A stretch of DNA of 64,000 bases from contig OY970343.1 of the NCBI GenBank assembly GCA_963717525.1, positions 128,001-192,000 on the forward strand, written 5' to 3'. The position numbers were made by a program, and so were the translations under genes. Under the pieces are notes generated by a model. It saw nothing but the letters and a program-made list of their open reading frames with translations, had not been told where the DNA came from and did not search any database. Positions 11,713 to 20,197 of this stretch are shown here, piece after piece (positions within the stretch are counted from its first letter, which is position 1; each line of letters begins with the position of its first letter). Origin of the DNA: an uncultured Methanoregulaceae archaeon (GTDB lineage Archaea; Halobacteriota; Methanomicrobia; Methanomicrobiales; Methanospirillaceae).

Positions 11713-11882
11713 AGATAGATTTTATCGTAATGAAAATTTGTCCTATACTTAAAAATAACTACTAACGGTGCTGTCAAGTCTGCTGGAGGTAAGATATAGC
11801 TCTTCGATGGAGCTGTTATCATAACTCCCGAAGACTGACAGCACCTTCTTGATCTCATAAGTCAGCGAGGCATCGTCAATAT

Positions 11883-12821
11883 TCAAATTATCGGTCTAAC
11901 CATAATTAGAGCTTCTATAGGATGATATCGAATATAACTATCAATCATCTCACCAGTTTCTAGATCCTTAATAGGATGTGGTTTGTATGCGGGAATCGCC
12001 TCGTGTATTTCTTGCACATAACCAAAAGATAACTTTGCAATGATTTTGTACGGTTTGCTATTCTCCGCTCTATACAAAAATTCACATAAGTCATCTTCAG
12101 CGTACAGATTTTTTAAAACACTATAAGCTCTAACGGAATCGTCATTTGGTTCTATTATTTTTATTCTCCGTTGAACTGATGCACCGTATGTCAATTTTAA
12201 TGCGCGACAAATTTTTTGGTCAATCGCAAATGGTGAATTTGTGAATTCAATGATTAATTCAATTTCTGTTCCATCCAGTCTTTTTGGCATAACCCAAAAT
12301 TTCTTAATTATTTCGATTGTTGTTTTATCATCAGATAATGGTTCTAATTTGTCTTGATCAATAGCAATATCTTTCTCTCTCATCAATCGAACAAGGTCCC
12401 TCTCAATTTTATTTGCCAAATCGTCAGGGGTGGTAAATTTTTCTACAGTATGGGTATCCCCCAAATATTTCTTAAATTCTTGTAATTTTTTTGCATTTTC
12501 ATTTTTGTCGACGTGAACTGGAGAGATGAGTGCCTTATCTTCATCAATAACATAGATTAGAGTTTCAATGTTTTCCTTTAATGCAGTTTCATATTCAATT
12601 TGAACGAAGGATTTACCGCTTTCGGAATCGATAGACCCATATCGCATTCCAAGAATCCCAATAAATATATTGCTTTTTTTTACCTCTTCTACACAGGTTT
12701 GAATAGGCTCCGTGGTCCTTGCTCCGAATATTTCCATCCCATTGATCCCAAGTTTTAATTTATCTAACAAATTTGAGACAGCTTTTCGATATGGAATTAA
12801 ATCGGTATATGTAGAGCTCAC
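11883..12821 (-). CDS. DUF4062 domain protein (true start probably slightly upstream)
   Basis: (IF)VSSTYTDL..R..GME.F..C.EEV..SNIFIGILGMRYGS..S..EYE.A pattern of DUF4062; AT-rich. Confidence 0.8.
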   Translation of the reverse strand: MSSTYTDLIPYRKAVSNLLDKLKLGINGMEIFGARTTEPIQTCVEEVKKSNIFIGILGMRYGSIDSESGKSFVQIEYETALKENIETLIYVIDEDKALISPVHVDKNENAKKLQEFKKYLGDTHTVEKFTTPDDLANKIERDLVRLMREKDIAIDQDKLEPLSDDKTTIEIIKKFWVMPKRLDGTEIELIIEFTNSPFAIDQKICRALKLTYGASVQRRIKIIEPNDDSVRAYSVLKNLYAEDDLCEFLYRAENSKPYKIIAKLSFGYVQEIHEAIPAYKPHPIKDLETGEMIDSYIRYHPIEALIMVRPII

Positions 12822-12947
12822 AAAAATTGGAATGTATTGTTTAGCTGATGAAATACAACATCCTCCTAATATCTTTTTAGATCGGTCGTACTTATTTTAC
12901 TTTTTATTAGTTTTCTTGGTATTGGTGCGTTATCGTAATTTAAAGAA

Positions 12948-13011
12948 AATGATATCGTCGTAATCGACACCTTTCTGATATTGCAAGAGTCACGACGACG
13001 CACCAGAATCC
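12948..13011 (+). repeat. Second repeat family, copy 1 (inverted copy at 15043-15105)
   Basis: AATGATATCGTCGT..ACACC..AAGAGTCACGACGACGCACCAGAATCC aligns by eye with the reverse complement of 15043-15105. Confidence 0.6.
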
Positions 13012-13156
13012 TTCATGTCAAGTTTATTAATATGTTCAAAAAGTCGAACGGGCGCATCATGCAACCTGACTGATTACTTTCACTTTTCATGGAACGTGTA
13101 TAGTTATCAGAAAGCGCCATAGAGAATTTTTAACCTTATGGGACGAGGATGATAAC

Positions 13157-13516
13157 ATGAAACGCGATTGAGATTTGGTAAGAAAAATACTGTTACTGTT
13201 GGAAGAGAAAACATGACCTATAATTACGATGCCGATAATTGAGGGATATTCCTCAGATCAGGTAGGTTATCATGCGTATCTTACGAAAATGAATGGCCTC
13301 ATCGAAGCTGCTGAGGTTACATCACACGAAAGTTCAGTACCATCGGCAATTCCTTACGAATTGACCTCGAAGGGGTACGATTTTCTTGACGCTTGCCGCA
13401 ATGAAACTGTATGGAACAAAGCAAAAGAGAAACTGAAATCAATGGCTAGCGATGTTTCTTTTGAAGTTATGAAAGCGTTACTCGTCGGAATAGCAAGTAA
13501 AATGTTAGGGATCTGA
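13157..13516 (+). pseudogene. DUF2513 domain protein with two in-frame TGA codons
   Basis: MKRD*DLVRKILLLLEEKT*P.. in frame with LTSKGYDFLDACRNETVWNKAK. Confidence 0.7.
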
Positions 13517-13586
13517 AAGATATTATTGACCGGCTGATTTTTTTGAATCATATTTATAATATCGAATAAACAAGTGATTTTCTATT

Positions 13587-14957
13587 ATGGATCAATATGT
13601 AGAGCTAAAAGAAAAAATTCAACTATTCATCGAAGAAGCATTACCAATCTCCGAGAAAACCGCATATAAAGATAATTATGCCATTCCGCAATATCATATA
13701 GAGACGAAAGGAACTAATAATTTAATTTCGTGCCATTATAGTGATATACTATGGAATGACGAAAAATTAATGGGGGATATAACTGTTCTCAGCGGGTTGA
13801 AAACGTACAAAGATGCATTAGACTTATGTAAAAAAACCAAAGGATCTGAAATATTAAATAACAAAATGATTTCAGGGCTTGGATTAGGACGTGGAATGTC
13901 TTATATTTACATGCCTTATCAGTTTTTAATGTCAATGCTATTTAACGAAAGAAGTTACAATTTTCGACAAGAAATTTTTGACAGAATTTTTTCCGATTTT
14001 ATGACTATTGTTTCTGAGGATCACTTTTCGAATGCGCGTATAATTGTTCCACTTATTGGTTTTAACATGGCAGAGGAAGTTATAGAATTAGAAAAAGGAA
14101 AACGAATCCGAAAAGTGAACCTTGATGAGGTAGTTAATCTCTTAAACAGATTTACAAATTTAAATTGTTATTATACTACATATCCCCCAGAGCAATTCAC
14201 ATATGTTTTAGAAATTGACTTTAAGATTAATTGGAGAATTGAAGATTTTGGAGTTTCTACGTCGCTGAAAGATGCTCAAAAAGATTCAGCCGCTATTTTT
14301 ATTATGAGAATGAAAATTAATGAAGAACTAATGATATTAAGAGCTTTAACAAAATCCTGTGTTTCCGTAAAGAATTTTTGTACTGATTATCAAGGTTGGC
14401 TATCGAATAATTATCAAGGAGGGTTTGCTAATGGTTATCATTGCTTTCCATGGAGTTTGCCGAAATTTTCATCTCCTTCGACTTCAAGCATGCAGTATAT
14501 AGAATATCGCAAAAAATATCTAAATTTGCCGGAAAACGCATCTAAACACAAAATATTTTTTGCAATGCGGAAATTGGCATTCGGATTAGAAAAGTTATAT
14601 GGATGTGACGAAATTTTTGATACTATTTCTGGATTGGAAGGACTTTTAGTTCCACCAATAACCAACGGAAAACCAACTCCTCAAAAACCAATGAAATGTA
14701 TTAATGCTGTATCATCAATACTTACTGGGAAAATTCAAGATATTGCCGCTCTTAGAAAAGATTTAGAAAAGGCATATGATTTTAGAAATGATGTTGCGCA
14801 TGGGGATTTTACTTTAGATGACCCGGATTTAGATTTTACCTATGATAAAGAAATTTCCAAAACGATTTGCCGAATTCGAAAATATCGTCAAATTACCAGA
14901 AATTCATTACATGAAGCAATTAAAAGTTGTATAGATAATCCATCCCTTATCCCTTAA
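13587..14957 (+). CDS. HEPN (Apea-like) RNase-domain protein, candidate defence toxin
   Basis: C-terminal ISGLEGLL...LEKAYDFRNDVAHG containing the HEPN R-x4-H motif; very AT-rich. Confidence 0.75.
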   Translation: MDQYVELKEKIQLFIEEALPISEKTAYKDNYAIPQYHIETKGTNNLISCHYSDILWNDEKLMGDITVLSGLKTYKDALDLCKKTKGSEILNNKMISGLGLGRGMSYIYMPYQFLMSMLFNERSYNFRQEIFDRIFSDFMTIVSEDHFSNARIIVPLIGFNMAEEVIELEKGKRIRKVNLDEVVNLLNRFTNLNCYYTTYPPEQFTYVLEIDFKINWRIEDFGVSTSLKDAQKDSAAIFIMRMKINEELMILRALTKSCVSVKNFCTDYQGWLSNNYQGGFANGYHCFPWSLPKFSSPSTSSMQYIEYRKKYLNLPENASKHKIFFAMRKLAFGLEKLYGCDEIFDTISGLEGLLVPPITNGKPTPQKPMKCINAVSSILTGKIQDIAALRKDLEKAYDFRNDVAHGDFTLDDPDLDFTYDKEISKTICRIRKYRQITRNSLHEAIKSCIDNPSLIP

Positions 14958-15042
14958 CTTTTAGCATAATATCCATCCCGTATAAGGCCTTCATATCTTA
15001 GTTCTATTAGTAGATCTCATAAAAAACAGTCTAGAGTACTCT

Positions 15043-15105
15043 GGGTTCTGTGACGTTGTCGGAATCTTTAAATAGTCAACAGTGGTGTGCCACGACGATA
15101 TCATT
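15043..15105 (-). repeat. Second repeat family, copy 2 (inverted)
   Basis: Reverse complement AATGATATCGTCGTGGCACACC..AAGATTCCGACAACGTCACAGAACCC. Confidence 0.55.
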
Positions 15106-15135
15106 ATTATTAAGCCCCGTTAACGCAACAGCATC

Positions 15136-15163
15136 CTTTCCTTTTATTTGCATAAAAACGACT
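15136..15163. repeat. dif-like 11-6-11 site E1
   Basis: CTTTCCTTTTA-TTTGCA-TAAAAACGACT (same spacer as A2). Confidence 0.7.
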
Positions 15164-15198
15164 CATTCTGTGTTGACTGGAAATATAAGGTCGGGATG

Positions 15199-15226
15199 TT
15201 TTCGGTTAATTCCAATTAAAATTGCC
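15199..15226. repeat. dif-like 11-6-11 site E2
   Basis: TTTTCGGTTAA-TTCCAA-TTAAAATTGCC; reverse complement resembles D1. Confidence 0.6.
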
Positions 15227-15476
15227 CTGACAAGTTCTATTGTAGCTACAAGACATTAAAACGGTCAACATTGAGGGGTCATGACGAGGCATTTTGTTGG
15301 TTTCTCGTTAACGCGACATCACCATTTTAAAATTTTTAATGCTATTTTAATTTTTAAAGCCATTATACTTTAAAAATATAAAACACAAGATTTTTATTAT
15401 TGAATTATAATACATCTTATCATAGTCCCAAGAAAATCATATTTCGGTACAGTCATTGAAGAGAATTTGGAAAATG

Positions 15477-15575
15477 GAGAGGTGGGCTCCCCGATCCTGA
15501 AAATCAGATGAACCCCTCTTGCTCGAAGGCATGAACTAATCCTCTTCTGATATTGAAGAATTATCTGGTCATGCC
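15477..15575 (+). promoter_or_regulatory. Candidate structured 5' leader RNA, copy 1
   Basis: Two nested hairpins: GAGAG..GGGCTC/GAACCC-CTCTT enclosing CTGA/TCAG, and GGCATGA/TCATGCC enclosing TCTTC/GAAGA; ends ~30 nt before the start codon. Confidence 0.5.
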
Positions 15576-15605
15576 CTGAAAAACAGCACTGGAGACAATG
15601 AAAAG

Positions 15606-18450
15606 ATGAAATTATTGAAATCTTGCGTAATACTGCTCGCGATAGTACTTGCAGTTATCGTAATAGCACCGATAGTGTATGCCGTAAATTACCCGGGTCC
15701 TTCAGTGACGCTCACTGACGCACAAGTGGCAGCACTTGATGTAAATACCATCCAATTGCCACAACTTCATTTCGATAATTCGCAAGCAAAAGTGATTGTC
15801 AATGCTGAGCTCAATCCTGTCGAAACTACACAGTCAACTCAAGTTACCTCGATGGCAGTGTCATCCCAAAGCACTTCGGGTTCAACAGCCCCGGTTGGCG
15901 CAATTATTTATCATTCGCAGGGAGGAGTAACAAGCGTATTTGATTCGAATGGCAATCAGCTGTTTGCTACAAACGACGCCACCGCGGCACTCGTTGCAAC
16001 TCCAAACGGTGAAGCTCCTGCAACATTTGTCCATGAGATTCCTTCCGGCTCCATTGTAAAATATGGAACGAATGGAACGTTTGTTTTCTACAATAGTCAA
16101 TTGATATTAACTCTCGTGAATGAGGGGGGATCTAATTTAGTAAATGAAAATTCCATTGCCGTTCCCTCAGCTGTGTCAGTTCCCGTATCTAGTTGCGGTA
16201 ATTTAAACGGCAATAATTATATAGGCTGGATCGAAGATGCAGAAACCAGTGCCAGTGCTCCAACATCATTGACCAGATTTGAAGCGACGTGGAAAGCGCC
16301 TGAACAAACACCTAATACCACGGAATCGCAGGCTGGACCTCTTGCTATATTTAATGGGATTCAGAATGCGAGCACAGGCGTTACAGATGGGATTATGCAA
16401 CCGGTCCTCAGTTGGGACTATATTCCAAAGGACTTTCCTACCACACCCCGCCTATATTACACAGGCGCTGCTTGGGATTTTCACACACCCAATTCTGGAG
16501 AAGATTCCCTCCATTCCACCCCGATATCGGTTTCCCCCGGAGATACTGTTCGTGGAACTATGGAGTGGAGTCCGTACCTCAAAACGTGGATTATTCAATT
16601 TAGTGACATAAATAACGGAAGGACAACTGAATTTCATTCAAACAGATTTACGACAACCAATCTTCAGTTGTTTATGGCTGTTGAAGCCTCGCAACAAGGG
16701 GTAATAATAAATCCAACTCCAACTGTCCCTAGTTTAAACAATGGATTGACCGGATCTATTCAGCTTCAATAATATCATTATACAAAACAATGGGCAATCA
16801 GTTCCGGTCATATTTTCCCCGGATATTTGTTCATTAGCAACGCAACATTTTAACAGTTTAAATGTCGTTATTAATCCAACCCCATTGAGCGTTTCGCTCA
16901 TTACCCAACCGATTTCCTATACAATCACCGCAACAGCAAACTTCAATGGAGCGATTAGTCCCTCTGGATCTGTTATAGTAGTGGATGGAGCAAGTCAGAC
17001 CTTCACTATCACGGCAAATCAGTGGTATGTGATCGATGATGTCGAAGTTGATGGAACCTCTGTTGGCGGATCTGACCTGCAAACGTTTTCATATACGATA
17101 CCCGATGTAACAGAAGATCATATGATCCATGCGTCGTTCAAACGTGCACAAATCTACACGATAACACCAAATGCCGGATCTGGCGGTTCTATCACGCCGT
17201 CAACCACAGTCAGAGTTCGACAGGGTCAAAGTCAGACGTTCACGATAACACCAGACACCGGTTACGCTATTGAGGATGTCCAGATTGACGCGGGAACTCC
17301 TAATGCCATAGACGCCGGGGCTACAAGCAGTTACACATTTCCCAATGTACAAGCAGACCAAACCATCAGCGCCACCTTTATTCCTACCTATACGATAACA
17401 CCAAGTGCCGGATCTGGCGGTTCTATCACGCCGTCAACAGCAGTCAGGGTTCAACAGGGTCAAAGTCAGACGTTCACGATAACACCAGACACCGGTTACG
17501 CTATTGAGGATGTCCAGATTGACGCGGGAACTTCTAACGCTATAGACGCCGGCGCTGTAAGCAGTTACACATTTCCCAATGTACAAGCAGACCACACCAT
17601 CAGTGCCACGTTCATTCCTACCTATACGATAACACCAAGTGCCGGATCGGACGGTACTATCACGCCGTCAACAGCAGTTACGGTTCGACAGGGTCAAAGT
17701 CAGACGTTCACGATAACACCAGACACCGGTTACGCTATTGAGGATGTCCAGATTGACGCGGGAACTCCTAATGCCATAGACGCCGGGGCTACAAGCAGTT
17801 ACACATTTCCCAATGTACAAGCAGACCAAACCATCAGCGCCACTTTTAATCTGATTCAACCCAATAATCCGATGACGTGGGACTGGTCTTCGCAAGGTTG
17901 GGGTAACTGGCAGTACACCTGGACAGTGTCAGGAACGCAGACTGGGCCCAATTCCCCATTAGGTCCCGAGATCGATAATGGCGTTGGCGTGTTTGGAACA
18001 AACACCAATCTTCTGGCCGGTTCGACTGAGTCTGATGTTACGAATACCTTTACCGATCCTACCGGCACCGGATGGAATACCCTCATATTCAACGGGGCGC
18101 TTGGTGCGAGTGATGTTCCCGGTGGGCGATGGATGACGATTACCGTTAATGGCCAGGAGGTGTTTGGCGCAACAGAATTACAGACACCACCAGGGGATGC
18201 CGATCAGCCGTTTACGATTGTTGCATCATTCCCCCAGACTTCTTCAGCAATGGTTACCCTCTCCCAAGGGCAAGATCCTGCCTGGGGGCCAGATTTCCCG
18301 ATGTATTGCAATAGTTTAACTATTGGCGAAGAAAACACCCAACAAATGAGTACTATGACTGCACTTGTGTCAAAGCCGAAGATCACCTTCACTATACCGG
18401 ACGGTAGTGAATGGAGTGGAAATAAGACGACCTCTAAAGTCGGAGCTTGA
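15606..18450 (+). CDS. Large secreted protein: putative glutamic-peptidase/ConA-like domain, InlB-B-like repeats and C-terminal domain (1-nt frameshift near 16759)
   Basis: Signal peptide; IMQPVLSW..SVSPGDTV..AVE pattern; removing one T joins the two ORFs in frame; YTITP..GGSITPS..SQTFTITPDTGY repeats. Confidence 0.65.
17155..17846 (+). repeat. Three near-identical 234-bp coding tandem repeats
   Basis: Units start near 17155, 17389 and 17623 (78 aa each). Confidence 0.9.
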
Positions 18451-18611
18451 AAGGAGGATACATCGAGCGAGATAGATACCTTCAACGACAATATGGGATA
18501 AATGAGCACCTCCCTTTTCGATAGATAAATTCATGAAGATAAGGAAGGACGATTTACAATACTTACTCCACAAATAGCAAAAAAGTCTGCTGAATATGAA
18601 AAGAGGAAACC

Positions 18612-19175
18612 ATGTTTAATAATTCGTTGACGATCCTTCTGCTAGTCTCCTGCATTCTTATTTCAGGATGCGTTTTCACTCCCTCAGTCAACAATCTTTC
18701 AACCAATGTATCGATTAATCAATTCACCCTTAACGAGTCAGTCTCAGGAAACGTAACCCCAATTATTCCTCCAATCCCTGGAGACTTTCCTGTTTATATC
18801 AGTGAAAAATATATCAACAACGGTTCTGGGACTATTGTCATGAATTATTCTGAGATCGTTGCTCATGACTATACTAATATTCCGGTTTCGCCAAGGTTTC
18901 CCGGTGGAAAACTTGCACCATTTTGTGGGTATTCAGGTAATCTTTCTAAAATCTCCGAGATTGCTATGAATGATAACCGAACTCAAAAAATTCTCAAGGA
19001 TGGTGGGATAATTGAGGATGTGAATGTATACGCCGCTCAACAAATGCTAACACATAATGAAAATCCTTGCGATGGTCTATATTTAGCTCTATATATTAAT
19101 ATTTACATCAGTCAAACAAAGGTCATTGTGGTGAATGAGAGCGCGATGAATGTTGTTGATATAGAAACATTATAA
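18612..19175 (+). CDS. Predicted lipoprotein of unknown function
   Basis: LLVSCILISGC lipobox-like signal. Confidence 0.7.
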   Translation: MFNNSLTILLLVSCILISGCVFTPSVNNLSTNVSINQFTLNESVSGNVTPIIPPIPGDFPVYISEKYINNGSGTIVMNYSEIVAHDYTNIPVSPRFPGGKLAPFCGYSGNLSKISEIAMNDNRTQKILKDGGIIEDVNVYAAQQMLTHNENPCDGLYLALYINIYISQTKVIVVNESAMNVVDIETL

Positions 19176-19340
19176 AATAGCGAGAGACGGGTGTTGATAT
19201 TGGCGGAGGTATTTCCTTTGAGTCACGATAACGCATCAGAATCGCACGGTATATTGCTATTCACCCATTCAAGATTCTAATATAACGCTCTGGAGGTAAT
19301 ACTGATCCTCCCCATGGTTTCCAAAGAGAAAGAGATTCAT

Positions 19341-19807
19341 ATGTTAATAATTCGTTGACGATCCTTCTGCTAGTCTCCTGCATTCTTATTTCAGGATGCG
19401 TTTTCACTCCCTCAGTCAACAATCTTTCAACCAATGTATCGATTAATCAATCCGCACTTAACAAGTCAGTCTCAGGAAACCTAACCCCAATTATTCCTCC
19501 AATCCCAAGAGACTTTCCTGTTTATATCAGTGAAAAATACATCGACAACGGTTCTGGCACTATTGTCATGAATTATTCTGAGATCGTTGCTCATGACTAT
19601 ACTGATATTCCGGTTTCACCAGAGTTTGTTAATCCTCATGCTCCTTTTTGTGGATACTCGGGTAATTCCTCCGATTTTTCCGAGATCGCTATGAACGATT
19701 ACCGCGTTCAAAACATACTCAGAGGTGGTGGAATAATTGAGGATATAGATGAATGGGTAATTTTTCGAAGCCATTTATTTTTCGCGCACCAGAACCCTTT
19801 CCTTTAA
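19341..19807 (+). pseudogene. Truncated paralogue of the upstream lipoprotein
   Basis: Near-identical 5' half to 18612-19175; 1-nt deletion just after ATG; homology lost after GGIIED, shortly before site F1. Confidence 0.75.
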
Positions 19808-19824
19808 TAACAATTAAAAATGTC
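19797..19824. repeat. dif-like 11-6-11 site F1
   Basis: CTTTCCTTTAA-TAACAA-TTAAAAATGTC; spacer is the reverse complement of the B1/D1 spacer. Confidence 0.75.
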
Positions 19825-20076
19825 TTGGCAAGTTCTGTTGTAGGGGTAGTATATTAAACGGTCAACATTTGGGGTCATGTTGAAGGTCATTTTATTGGAT
19901 CTCGTTAACGCATCATCGCCCATTAAAATTTTTAATGTAATTATAATTTTAATATGTTGTTATAACGTTAAAATAAAAAACACAATATTTTTATTTATCC
20001 ATTTACAAACCATTCTCTTGCCAGTCCTAGACAAATCAAAGTTTGGTAGTGTCGTTCAAACAGAATTGAAAAAACA

Positions 20077-20174
20077 GAGAGACGGGTTCACCAGTCCTGA
20101 ACGTCAGATGAACCCTTCTTGCCCAAGGCATGAATCAATACTCTTCAGACAATGAAGAATTTTCTGGTCATGCC
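20077..20174 (+). promoter_or_regulatory. Candidate structured 5' leader RNA, copy 2
   Basis: GGGTTCA/TGAACCC enclosing CTGA/TCAG, and GGCATGA/TCATGCC enclosing TCTTCA/TGAAGA; upstream of GGAGG and ATG. Confidence 0.5.
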
Positions 20175-20197
20175 TCTAAAAAGCAACACCGGAGGTA

